Positions 44,232 through 57,167 of a stretch of 64,000 nucleotides of DNA are shown in pieces. This stretch comes from Octopus sinensis. Its lineage: Eukaryota. The notes beneath the pieces are model-generated. The model saw only the letters and a program-made list of their open reading frames with translations. It was not told where the DNA came from and searched no databases. The stretch covers positions 65,918,464 through 65,982,463 of the forward strand of contig NC_043011.1 in assembly GCF_006345805.1 (NCBI RefSeq), read 5' to 3'. Each line of letters starts with the position of its first letter. Position 1 is the stretch's first letter. The position numbers and the translations under genes were made by a program.

Positions 44232-44785
44232 GCAAGATAACAAGGCGAAGGTAATGCGATATTTCTAGGAATTTAGAAAGCGGAAGGTAGTATTACTGCT
44301 GTGTTCATCTTTCTACGCATTCATATTTATTCAACAGCAAACATGTATGCAGCGCATACAATTGCTGCGCCGACAGGGTACAGTACAGATGCATACTGCC
44401 TTTAACTAATTATTGCGCATACTAATGCACAGGGAAGGCATAATCCTTAGCTTTCCTACCAAAATGCTTAGCGACGTTTCGTCCGTATTTATGCTCTGAG
44501 AGTTCAAATTCTTCCCAGCTCGATTTTGCCTTTTATCCTTTCGGGTTCGGTAAAATAACTAGCAATAATATACTGATGTCGATTTATCCCTTCCCAAACT
44601 GCCGACCCAGTTCCAAAATTTTAAACTTGCAATTAACGTACATACTCCCAACGTTAATTATAATTGTATGACGCGCCATGTGTGATGGACTTTATATTGA
44701 CTTTATTTCGATATAGTTTTGATCATACATTCAGCCATATTTATTGCACTCTCTAACTTTGAAGATATGTCCTATTTCTTTTCAG

Positions 44786-44812
44786 ACCGGAATGAAGTCT
44801 TCCATACATGAG
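44786..44812 (+). CDS. G3 exon 4, linker (TGMKSSIHE)
   Basis: ctatttcttttcag acceptor, gtacgt donor, 27 nt phase 0 to 0. Confidence 0.7.
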
Positions 44813-47297
44813 GTACGTGATTTCATTGTAATGACCGATTGAATAATATATATTCACTCTTGTGTTTTACACTTCCATTTTGCTACAGTCTTTTAATTGT
44901 ATAAATGATTGTAAACATGTGTACGACGCTATTTTGCATTATATAACGACTATCATCGCAACAAGATTGAATTGATAATTTTAAATAAGTATTGAGTTGA
45001 TAACGTTGACTAATTTTAGCCTACATGGATATTTATAATCCTATATGTTCCGTAGATATGGAAGAATATTATGACGCTATCATGATACTACAGCAAAAAT
45101 ATCTAAGAGTTTCGATATGACGATATTGCAAACGCGTTGAATTTGAAAGACATACATCAACATAATATTGAGAATAATTAAATATCAGAGGATATTTCCC
45201 TCGCACCGAGACTTACTAAAGGATTGTGTCTGTTTTATCTCTTGAAGGTTAAGAAAGACTATCAGAATTTTTGCTACACACCTCTCAGCTTGACAGGCTT
45301 GTCGCATAATGGGCTATATTCTTCACAGAAACAAGATTTAAGAGTGTTACTAATAAACCATGCCATATTCAACAGGTGTGATATGTTGTGGGTCCTCTCT
45401 GGTTGCTTTCCTCAAACTTCATCACCAACTGTACAACTGATCCTTCTTGTATTCCTCGATTGTCGCTGAAGAGGCAAAGGTATAAATAGCAAAATCGTTG
45501 CGTAATTCATATCGGACTACTTTCAATATTTAAATAAACACGCACGCACACACACACACACACACACATATATATGTGTGTGTGTGTGTGTATGTAGACA
45601 GAGAGAGAGAGAGAGAGAGAGGTGGAGTATGAAAGGTTTTGGTGTCAGGAAGGCCCAAAAGTGTCAGGTAGTGCTGAGTAAGTGCTATGGACAGAGTATA
45701 GTTAAGCTCCAGGTTCTATAATCATAAGAATGAGGCCCCCAATGTAAGTCGTTTATTAGCATACATCTATATAGAGAGAGAAATTAACAGAAAGAAATTT
45801 AAAAAGTCCAAGTCTGTGAATAGTTTTCAGAACATTTATAAAGAGGTCTACACATTCTCTTTATTATGAAAGCTAAAACCGTGTGATGAAGCAGATATCG
45901 TTGTATTTTACGATGTTCGTTATTTTTTTGCGTTTTGTTTTTTCGTTAAATATACGCATGCATTACTTTTCTTATTCTAACTCGTGTCTATTGTCCCGAA
46001 ATTTTTCGTCGTACATCTGTGTTCATTTCCGTCTGCGTATTTGCTCTTGTTCTGCCTCGTCCATTTTCTCATATGATGTGTATCCTTATTTCTGCAAACA
46101 TTTGCGTATGTATTAGTCTGCATGTGTACATGGGTGTGTGTTTGTGTGTGTGTGTGTCACCGTTCTTAGTATCACATTGAAACTCCTCTCAGCGCCGTCC
46201 CTTCCACCGTTGCTCCTACTCCTGCTCTTGACTCCGACTTTTTGTACCGTTCCTGTATACCTCTGTGTTTGTCTGTTCGCGAACGCTTGTTCAGCGTCTT
46301 AGTTTTTGTTGTTTTTGTTCTTGTTGCCGCTATTGCTGTTGTCGTTGTTGGTCGAGTTGTTGATATTGTTACGGCCGTTTTGTGAAGCTATTATAGACGT
46401 GTATGCGTGTGTATGTGCGTTCGCTTCCTATGTTGGTTGCAAGTGTGCCTTTTATACTCTATTGTGTGTGTATTACACTGTATCTGATTTTTCTCTCTTT
46501 TTTCTTTAGTCATCATTTTGTGTAGTGTGACTGTGGACGCTATTGTTTCATTCATGTTCTCTGTCGAGGTCCGGTCTGCCTATCGCAATGTGTGTAGCCT
46601 ATGAGATCTAAGCTTCATGTCGCTTTCATACGTTGATAACAACTTCACCTCTGTGCTGTTAACCAAGGCTGTATGTTCTGCTTGAGCATATTGATAGAGC
46701 ATGAAACGAGATTTTCTCTTCAACGAATTTCCGCCAGAGTTACCCATACGCTCCACTATGCTGCGTGCTGTTTCCTCAAGAGCGCGTGTTTATTTGGCAA
46801 AAAGCGGAGAAAAAATTATTATCATTATACATATACATATATATATATATGTATACGTATATAAACATATGTACCTATATACATACACACACACAAACGT
46901 ACACACACACACATACACGTATATATATATGGAGAGACAGAAAGGGGTTTTGGTGGAAGGAAACTACAAGAATCCCGCCGTATATATATGTGTGTGAGTG
47001 CGTGTCCGTGTATGAGTGTGTCGGTCTGTCTGCCTGTGTGTCTATTTTTGTCTCCGCCATGGTTTGAGAACTGTTGCTGATGTGTTTATGTCACGGCAAC
47101 CTAGCGGTTCCGCAAAAGAATACCCTAGAATATGTGCTAGGCTTACAAATAATGGCTCCTGGATGGGATCGTTTTCTTTGACTAAAGTCCCTTAAGGCAG
47201 TGCTCCAGCATGACCGCAGTACAATAACTGAAACATGTAAATGGATAAAAGTATATTTACTTCTTTATGAAGTATGATGTTCCAATTCTCTTTTCAG

Positions 47298-47345
47298 ATA
47301 ACGCTTAATTCAATGTTCCTTATTACATTTTTGGTTACTTTGTAA
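47298..47345 (+). CDS. G3 terminal exon (ITLNSMFLITFLVTL*)
   Basis: ttctcttttcag acceptor; uncharged hydrophobic tail; homologous to the G2 last exon. Confidence 0.78.
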   Translation: MTLNSMFLITFLVTL

Positions 47346-47594
47346 ATGTAATACTAAACTTAGGCGACGTCATTATAACGATGAGCATTCGGCGTTCTGC
47401 AATATGTTTATCTCACGTCTCCTGTATCTGAAATCTGTCCCCATACAAGGACGAATAAAACATCTGCTTATTTTTGAAATTTATTTGACGTTGTTATTTT
47501 TTGTTATTGTTATTTCTCTAAAAATGTATCTTTTACAGATGATACTTTTTAAACATAATGGTTACAATAGGGTTTTATAGCTATTGAAATATTT

Positions 47595-48075
47595 CATTCT
47601 AATCCAGGCACAATGCTCGAAATTTTTAGGGAAGAGGGGCAGCGGATTAGATCGACCTCTGTACGCAACAGGTACTTACTTAATCGACCTCAGTACGCAA
47701 CAGGTATTTAATTAAACGACCTCGAAGGAATGAAAGGCAAAGTCGACCTCGGCGGAATTTGGACTCAGAACATAAAGACAGATAAACTACCGCTAGGCAT
47801 TTCGCCAGGCATGCTAAAGATTCTGCTAGCTCGTCGCCTTATAACTATTGAAATATTCTTTGCTACTCTAGGCACAAGGTACTATATTTTGGGAGAGGGA
47901 GTCAGTCAATTAAATTGACCCCCAATACAAAACCTTTACTTAATTTATCAACCCCGAAAAGATGAAAGGCAAAATTAACCTTGGGGAATTCGTACTCAGA
48001 ACATGAAGGCAGACGAAATATCGCTATGCATTTCGCCCGGCCTGCTAACGTTTCTGCCAGCTTGCCGCATTACGG
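47595..48075 (-). mobile_element. Two tandem tRNA-derived SINE copies
   Basis: 47595-47840 and 47865-48075 are mutually similar; A/B boxes on the minus strand (ggcgacgagctagcagaa; gttctgagt). Confidence 0.8.
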
Positions 48076-48539
48076 CTATAGAAATATGATTTATGTATTG
48101 TCTTGTAAGCACACGGTATTTTGTTATGCAAACACAATACACTACAAAATATATTAAAAAGTTGGGTTCCCTTATGTGTATACCTCATCCTACTGTGGTA
48201 GGAGTCTTCTTAAATCATGGCTTAAGGTCAGCTCTACAGAATCTTTATTGCCAGTAAAGATCGTTTTGCAACATTTCGTATCCCAGACGTGAGATGTAAA
48301 CAATGAGACGGAAGATGAAAAGATTGGTAATGGACGTTCCTTCATCAGTTATCATCTTACCCGTTAGCGAAAACATTTCTTACATAACCACTTAATATAG
48401 CGGTGTAACGTTATTGGATATAGCAATCTACATATTAAACACATTCCTGAAAGCTGTGACGTAAACATTTATGACTTGTGGGCATAGCGTCTTTCCTTTA
48501 AGCAACAATATTATACTATGATATATATATATATATCAC

Positions 48540-48736
48540 CATGTTGATTCGCTAGCTCCTGCACGCATTTTTTTTCTCTCCTTGTTTCTTTCTGAGTTTC
48601 TTTTCTGTGTATCTTTCTGATAGGCTCGAAACGTAAGTGACTTGTTTTATTTATATTCTTGAGCGCCATACTAACACAATTGTTTGTTTATATTCCACCT
48701 GCTTTCGTCTTTTGTTTATTTTCATAAAGCTTCCCG

Positions 48737-48742
<6 letters not shown>
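48540..48742 (+). mobile_element. Penelope pseudo-LTR fragment (family of 57770-57975)
   Basis: Reverse complement of 57770-57975; also related to 51350-51545 and 49711-49914. Confidence 0.75.
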
Positions 48743-48819
<77 letters not shown>

Positions 48820-48829
48820 CTCTTTTACT

Positions 48830-49199
48830 TGTTTCAGCTATTTGAATGCGGCGATGCTGGAGCACCGCATTTAGTCGAGCAAATCGACCACGGGACTTAT
48901 TCTTTGTAAGCCCAGTAGTTATTCTATCGCCGCTAAGTGACGGCGACGTAAACACACTAGCATCGGTTGTCAAGCAATACTAGGGGGGCAAACACAAACA
49001 AACAAACATACACGCACATACATATATATACATATATACGACGGGCTTCTTTCAGTTTCCGTCTACCAAATCCACTCACAAGGCCTTGGTCGGCCGGAGG
49101 CTATAGTAGAAGACACTTGCCCAAGGTACCACGCAGTGGGACTGAACCCGGAACCATGTGGTTGGTAAACAAGCAACTTACTACACAGCCACTCCTGCG

Positions 49200-49200
<1 letters not shown>
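48830..49200 (-). mobile_element. tRNA-derived SINE, second family
   Basis: Minus strand head aggcgcaggagtggctgtgtagtaag (A box) and ggttcagtccc (B box); tail similar to 47085-47255. Confidence 0.75.
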
Positions 49201-49246
<46 letters not shown>

Positions 49247-49543
49247 TCACAACACAGGAACTGAAGAACCAGGACCACAATTACTACTACTTCCTGTCCT
49301 GCAAACATGCTGATTTTAACAACACAACACAACACATGCTCTTAATCCCTTTGGATCTTAACACCTCAAGGTAATTTTTTCGTAAACAACCATAAAACGC
49401 AAGATACACAACGAACTCACAATGTATCGGAGGACTTATTTTTTAATTTTTGTACATTTTTATCATTATTCTTTCACAAAAAACAATGCAATTTTCTTTT
49501 TTTCCCCTTTCTAATTTTTAAAAAAATCTTCTTAAAACATAAA

Positions 49544-49584
49544 TATTCTTGACAAGTCATACAATGACGAAAACCGGTTGAATA
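49544..49584 (+). ncRNA. Minimal type I hammerhead-like motif, C3U/G8A core, with one extra A
   Basis: TATTC-TTGACAA-GTCAT(ACA)ATGAC-GAAAAC-CG-GTT-GAATA: helix I 5 bp, helix II 5 bp, palindromic helix III. Confidence 0.55.
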
Positions 49585-49674
49585 AATATACATTTATATA
49601 TTTTATCATTTTCTCATTTTATTAAAATTTTCTTTCATTTGAGCATTCTGCATTTTTTAAAAAAATTTTCCTTA

Positions 49675-49710
<36 letters not shown>

Positions 49711-49715
<5 letters not shown>

Positions 49716-49914
49716 AGAGCTTACGAAAAAACAAAAGACTAAGACAGGTGCTGTACAAACCAAAAAGATGTATTAGTATAACGCTCAGGAACAGAAAAAG
49801 TCTTTTACGTTTCGAAACGTAAAAGACTTTTTCTGTTCCTGACCGTTATACTAATACATCTGTTTGTGTTGTAAACTACCTGTCTTTGTCTTTTTTTTTC
49901 GTAAACGCTCCCTA
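49711..49914. repeat. Spacerless palindrome of the Penelope pseudo-LTR end
   Basis: Arms meet at TTTCGAAA (centre 49813/49814). Confidence 0.9.
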
Positions 49915-51290
49915 TATATCTTACACGCTCACGTGGTCGCACATGTTGATCCTGTCATTCCTTACCACTACGAGCTTCTCCACTGGTCTCTTTACCTACT
50001 TTTTATCTACATTTTATCTACCATTTACGGATTCGTTTCAATATTTACTCTCCGGCTGCACCTCTCCTACATACGGATCACAGTGGACTCTACTATATAT
50101 ATATATTCAGTAAAGCGCATGGCTATATTAGAAGGCTCTGCTAATGGACTCGACTATCACTTCACATATTAATGCAGCACCTAAAAGTGTAATGTAGACT
50201 GTCTGTACAGCTGGAATCGTGATGTAACGGACGAGAAAGATTTATACCACAAAATTCAGGTTGTATTAGAGGGGACTATGTTAGTATTGAACCACGCGGC
50301 GTTTGCCGCAGGCTACTCTTAAGCCAAGGGTATGTTGTCGAATTAAATTTTACATTGTCGTAAGGAGGTACTTATCAGCACACGGACGATCCGATCAGGT
50401 TGTGTAGGGAGCATATATTGTGAACAGAAATTTAGGAGTGTACGAAACGATGGAATATAGAAAAGAGAAAATGAATTTTAAAAGAATCATAAAGGAATGG
50501 GGCAGGTGGGTTTCAATAGCGCCATGCTGGCAGAGGTATGCAGATATGCAAGGAAAGTGGTATTTGAAAAGATAACGTGAGGGAGAGAGTGGGGGGCAAC
50601 TATTGGTAGTGAAGAGGGGAAAATATATGTCTCAAGTGATGATGTGCTACTAAAATTGAAACTCGAGAGGAAATGAAGAAAAATACTAGATTCTAAGTAT
50701 TAAAGGTTATACTGTTTTCCTTCCACAATGTTCTCCGTGAATTTCGCATTGGTTAATCTGGTAAAACGTCAGGCTTCTTGATTTCAGGTGATTTTCTTGT
50801 TTTTGTTATAAGATACACACACAAAAAACACAAATACACACACATATATGTAAATGGCAATGTTTTCCTGTCTGTCAGTCCGCTTTTCTGTTACCAACTA
50901 AGTGCCTAAAGCACCGGATCAATATTCATGAAACATTGCATACATGTCACACGAACATGTGCCCTCCAGGGGCATTGGGAGAATTTATACGATAAAATTA
51001 ATAAGGTTACAAAACGAATAAATCTGAAGTAATATCAGAGAGAAAGGTAGTAAGAGAGAGCGGGTGACGAATATCAGCGAAGACGAGAACAGCGGTGGGA
51101 ATGGGCGATAGCATTAATAAAGCTTTCATGTACACTCAACGCTGCGTACATACTTGCGTAAACTCATAGATGCAACACACACACACACACACACAGAAAG
51201 ATGCGTGAGTAGAATACGTAGCTTTAAGGAGTGAAGGGTAGGTGACTTTTCTGCCGTCCATCGCAAAGGAATACTCTTACACACACATAC

Positions 51291-51334
<44 letters not shown>

Positions 51335-51783
51335 GCATGTCAGTCATATATAGGGAGAGTTTACGAAAAAAAAACAAAAGACAAAGACAGGTGGTGTACA
51401 AAACAAACAGATGTATTAGTATAACGCTCAGGAATAGAAAAAAGTACTTTACGTTTCGAACCTACGCTCTTCTAAAGGAAGGGACACAGAAAAACCAAGA
51501 GAAAAAATGTATGTAGCAGCTCACTATCTATCATGCCGACTAGTAATATATATATATTTCTTACTGAAGAATCTGAGGGCCTATGGAAGATTGGCTTGAT
51601 TTAATTTAATCAGGTTAGTTTACCATTAAACAGCAGATGAAACGGTGCATCGTATAAGAAATTACAGGGTAAATGTTTTTTTAAATTTTCTCCTGGTTTA
51701 CAGAGTTGACTTTTATTTGCGGTTGAAGCTTTGGCTGTTATTTCTAGTGGGTGAATGGCCTATTATGGCCGTTCCTTGATTGT

Positions 51784-51856
<73 letters not shown>

Positions 51857-52659
51857 TATATATATAAATATATATATATATAAATATATATATATATAAA
51901 TATATATAAACACCATACTACAAAGCACAGCCCTACTAAAGGGAGACCCAAAGATGAACCGGATCCTCGAAATACACACCATCATTAAAAGTAAACGGCA
52001 ACCAAAATCCTTGAAAAGGATTTTAACCCAAGCTACACTGCACTCAACATCAACCACAAAACCACCAGTTAGAAAATGTGGAAGGCCCAACTGCGGAATC
52101 TGTGTCATCTTGAAAGAAGGATCAGAATTTATACTGGAACAAGGCCACCAGTTCACCATTAGAACAAACTTCACCTGCGCATCAGAAAACTTAATTTACG
52201 TCATAACATGCGCAGGCTGCAATAGGCAGTATATAGGCCATACAAAAAATAGCTTACGTAACAGGATGGCGGTGCATAAATCACAAATTAGAAACCCTGA
52301 TTACCGCAAAATACCGGTCAGCAGACACATAGATAGATGTGCTAGAAATGTAAATCCGAAATTTACAACTAACCCGCTCTATAAATTCAGTGACAACGCA
52401 ACCTTCACACAACGCCAAAATAAAGAACTGTATTTCATAAAAAAATTTAGACCAAGTTTAAACACCCTGGGCCAGGAATATTAAAACAAAAGATAAGTCC
52501 TCCGAAAAGGAAAAGCAAAATTCCACCACGGCCGCCACCTTAAACAGTCACTCGCACTGACGGAAATATGCCTTAGTAAAAAAGGAAAAAAATTCTTTCG
52601 TGCAAATCTGACCCTGATGGACTGACCACATACGATACAGCTAAGTGTCAGACCCGATT

Positions 52660-53250
52660 CTGATTGGTCAACACACTAATGACGTCTAGTCCTGCTAGAA
52701 TGGACAGGATACAAACAGGGGGCAGAGATTAGTCAGAATATTGATGACGTACATTTCTGATTGACTAGTCACCTAACAAAATACAGACAGGATGCAGATC
52801 TAATGCATCTATAAGTCGTGATTGGGCAGAATCTTGATGACGTCCCATTCTGCTTGACTAAGCCACCTAACGAAACGACTGGTCAAAACAGGATACAGAC
52901 AAGAGGCAGTTATAATACAACGATAGGTCACGATTGGTCAGAATGCTGATGACGTCCAGTTCAGCTTGACTAAGCCACCTAACGAAAAGGGGCAGATCTA
53001 ATACAGCTATAAGTCGTGATTGGTCAGAATCATGATGACGTACGGTCCTGCTTGACTAAGCCACCTAACGAAACGACTGGTCAAAACAGGATACAGACAA
53101 GTGGCAGTTATAATACAGCGATAGGTCACGATTGGTCAGAATGTTGATGACGTACCGTTCTGCTTGACTAAAGCCACCTAAAGAAACGATTGGTCAAAAC
53201 GTTGATGACGTCACGCTACACTGGACTGACCACCTAACAAGCATTATAAA
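52660..53250 (+). promoter_or_regulatory. Tandem ATTGG (CCAAT) + TGACGT (CRE/ATF-like) array ending in a TATA box
   Basis: TGACGT at 52680, 52745, 52838, 52950, 53036, 53148, 53206 (last is full TGACGTCA), each preceded by GATTGG/GATTAG; TATAAA at 53245. Confidence 0.6.
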
Positions 53251-53569
53251 ACCCGAACAATTCACAAGAGTCACTAGAATCACCCAGCGAAAATCCACCA
53301 GGGGTCATCACAATTGCTCAAGGTAAAAATGAATTCCTCGCTCTTTCGGGAACATCAATCTCCTGTATTGACTGCTTTCCACCACTTTGATCTGTTTTTT
53401 GTATTGAATACGTATCGCCACCGAGGGCCACTGCATCGAACACTTTGAACATATAGCATGAATGAACTTACTTCAAACTATATTTGAACTTTAAGATGTC
53501 TGACTCCGTTGTGTATTGTAAATGAATTTCTTGTGTTTGACGGCATGAGCTGTCTTTTTTTATATGTAA

Positions 53570-53615
53570 CTTTTTTTGATAAGGTTCATTTCAGGAACTG
53601 AAACATGTTATAATG
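53570..53615 (+). ncRNA. Minimal hammerhead-like motif, C3U/G8A core
   Basis: TTGATAA-GGTTC(ATTTCAG)GAACT-GAAAC-AT-GTT; palindromic AACATGTT; helix I weak. Confidence 0.5.
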
Positions 53616-53789
53616 TATATATAAAAATAAAAAATTGTATAATATAGCAGCATTTTCGAACTTCATTTTTTAAAATATATATATATAAATATATATATAG
53701 ATAAATATATATATATATATATATATAAAACATTATTGGTGAATTGAAGAAATGGAGCTGAACGCAGATTGAACAGAAATCGTTTTATT

Positions 53790-53875
53790 TCATTCTACAC
53801 GTGTTTCGAAAGGCACAAATTACCAAAATCCGATTGAATAATGGGACCATATTGTGTCTTTCTCTTCAGGAAGAA
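53790..53875 (-). ncRNA. Type I hammerhead ribozyme, canonical core
   Basis: Minus strand TTC-CTGAAGA-GAAAGACACAA...TTGTGCCTTTC-GAAACACGTGTA-GAA; GUA cleavage triplet, palindromic helix III. Confidence 0.72.
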
Positions 53876-53968
53876 AAAAGGAAATCCGTTAGAGAAACAA
53901 AAACAGAACAGAGGCGGAGCAAAAACCAAATCGAACTATGCTCCTGAGAGCCCATGGCGAAACTCATT

Positions 53969-54498
<530 letters not shown>

Positions 54499-55344
54499 TA
54501 CTTTGATACTTTGATACTTTGATAGGTTTCGGCCATTATTGGCCTAGGCCATGTCTAACTTAATAGCACCACCTGGTGAAGTCTTTCAAGTCAGAATTTG
54601 GGCACTATGGCCCACTCAAGTAGAGAGTTATTGTTTACAGAGACATATCCGGGTGTAGGGGGTTTATCCGGGATTTCTTGAAGGAATCTGTCCAAAGACT
54701 TCTTGAACCCTATAGGGTCAGTTTCTGTTTTAATGTGTTTTGGTGAAATGTTAAAGAGAGCGGGGCCATTTGAGGTGAAATAATTGTGCCGTATTGTTAT
54801 TATGAGATGAGAGTGCGATTTTTGTTTTGGGCGGATGGCACGGGGCCCAAGCCTTGGATGTACCTTAAAGGTGATGCCAAAATCATTTGGGCAATGCTGA
54901 TGGAATATTTCCACATCATGCAGATGATGTAGCGCTCACGACGACGTTGGAGAGAATAGAGTTTTAGCTTTTCTAGTCGACCCCAATAGTCGAGGCCTGT
55001 CATGCCATCTATCTTTTTTGTGATTGCCCTTTGAGGGGCTTCAACTTTTATGATACCTTGTATTGTGTGGGGAGACCACAGTGGACAACAGTATTCAAGG
55101 TGGGGTCGGGCAAAAGTGGAGAAGAGAAGGATAATGGTGTGGATATCTCTCGACTGGAAAGTTCTGAGAATCCAGGAACACATTCTGCGGGCCATGTCAA
55201 CTTTGGTGTTTATATGAGTGGCCCAGCTTATGTTGTTGTCCTCAATTACTCCCAGGTCTCTGATGTTGTTGGACGCCGCGAGAGTTTCACCTGAATGAAG
55301 GGAGTATGGAAGTTTCAGGGCATCCTCTTTTCCAAAGTGGATTA
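54499..55344 (-). mobile_element. 5'-truncated CR1-group LINE, subfamily B
   Basis: Nearly identical to 62052-62897; (TATCAAAG)3 tail. Confidence 0.93.
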
Positions 55345-55352
55345 TATATATA

Positions 55353-56220
55353 AATGTTGCTAAATGAAGACAAATTTGAACTGATCCACTTTGGAAGGGA
55401 GGACGCTCTGAAACTCCCATACTCTCTTCCTTCTGGAGAAATTCTCATGGCATCCAACAACATCAGAGACCTGGGAGTAACAGTGGACAGCAACATAAGC
55501 TGGGCTACACATATAAGCAGCAAAGTTGACATGGCCCGCAGAATGTGTTCCTGGATTCTCAGAACCTTCCAGTCGAGAGTTTCCCACGCTATTATCCTTC
55601 TCTTCTCCACTTTTGCCCGACCCCACCTTGAATACTGCTGTCCACTGTGGTCTCCCTACACAAAACAAATATTATGAGAATTGAAGCTCCCCAAAGGTCA
55701 ATCACAAAAAAGATAGATGGCATGTCAGACCTTGACTACTGGGGTAGACTAGAGAAGCTGAAATGTATTCACTCCAACGACGCCGTGAACGCTACATTAT
55801 CTGTATGATGTGGAAAATATTCCACCAGCACTGTCCGAATGATGTTGGCATCACCTTCAAAATGCATCCAAGGCTTGGACCACGTGCCATCCGTCCACAA
55901 CAAAAATCTAAATCGCATCACATAACGACAATACGGCACAACTATTTCACCTCAATTGGACCTGCTCTCTTCAACATTACACCAGGGCACGTCAAAAAAG
56001 AAACTGACCACACAAAATTCAAGAGGTTTTTGGACAAATTCCTTCAAACAGTACCGGACAAACCACCCACACCCGGATATGTCTCCGCAAACATAACTCT
56101 CTGCTCGAATGGGCCTTGGTGCCCAAATCCTGAACTGAAAGACTTCACCAGGTGGTGCTATTAAGTTAGACATGGCCTGGGCCAATACTGGCCAAAACCT
56201 TTCTAAGTTATTCTAAGTTA
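55353..56220 (+). mobile_element. 5'-truncated CR1-group LINE, subfamily C
   Basis: MLLNEDKFELIHFG...RPHLEYCCPLWSP...YSLQRRRERY; conserved 3' motif; ttctaagtta tail. Confidence 0.93.
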
Positions 56221-56256
56221 TATATAAATATATATTATATATATATATATATTATA

Positions 56257-56305
<49 letters not shown>

Positions 56306-56308
56306 TAA

Positions 56309-56346
<38 letters not shown>

Positions 56347-56539
56347 AATATATACTAAGCAATAAAGGGTTAGCAACGAATTGCCTTACCACATACCGAA
56401 TTTAGAAATAGCAGTCAAAGAGTTATAGCTATTTCTTCTACTAAAAAGGGAGATCTCAGTAAAAACAGCAATTGGAAGGCAGACACAAACAGGTAAGAGA
56501 GAATGAATTGACGGCAATCTATCAAACAATTTTAAGTTA

Positions 56540-56639
56540 TCTACGGACGTACGTTTCGAAATCAAGTTTTTAGGAAAGCATAAGAATTAAATATTAAATA
56601 ATTCTACCTTACCAAAACTTCTTTTCTCTTCAGCGTAGA
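56540..56639 (-). ncRNA. Type I hammerhead ribozyme, intact
   Basis: Minus strand TCTACG-CTGAAGA-GAAAAGAAGTTTT...AAAACTTGATTTC-GAAAC-GTAC-GTC-CGTAGA: 6-bp helix I, canonical core, GUC site. Confidence 0.82.
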
Positions 56640-57046
56640 ATACTATAATCATAAATGATTATATATTGAATTTTGAGAAAGTAGAAGGCACCAACTCAAT
56701 TCGGTATGTGGTAAGGCAATTCGTTGCTAAACCCTTTATTGCTTAGTATTACTTAAATTTTCCTCGAATGAGGCTTTTACATGCCGAAGACTACTTGGTG
56801 TAATTGATAATTATTCCAAATTAATTAATTTCACCCTTCATTATTACGGACCATATTTTATCTAAGTAGATGACCACAGCATCTTGTTTTGGCTACACGC
56901 GGGTGGGAAGGGGCTGGTGACACAATCTTTTCACTCACACTTTGAATTTAGTGATACTAGTTGCGGATTCTAGCTCGCTCTGATACTGAGTTGAGTTGGT
57001 GCCTTCTAGTATCTCAAAATTCAATATATAATCATTTATGATATAT

Positions 57047-57167
57047 TCTACGCTGAAGAGAAAAGAAGTTTTGGTAAGGTGAATTATTTAATATTTAATT
57101 CTTAATTATTTAATATTTAATTCTTATGCTTTCCTAAAAAACTTGATTTCGAAAGTACGTCCGTAGA
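57047..57167 (+). ncRNA. Hammerhead copy lacking C15.2, probably impaired
   Basis: Same as 56540-56639 but GAAAGTACGTC, plus an AT-rich duplication in loop II. Confidence 0.6.

Larger units (their letters stand above)
51906..53690 (+). mobile_element. 5'-truncated Penelope-like element: GIY-YIG ORF 51954-52484 plus 3' pseudo-LTR
   Basis: [23 protein letters not shown]...NRMAVH...ELYFIKKF.P.LN; downstream tandem repeats, TATA-like box, donor ctcaag|gtaa, hammerhead-like motif; bounded by (TA)n. Confidence 0.9.

Noticed and set aside
52660-53235. Repeat array superficially resembling CRISPR
   Set aside because: Inter-repeat segments are themselves homologous, the context is eukaryotic and there are no cas genes; it is a tandem duplication
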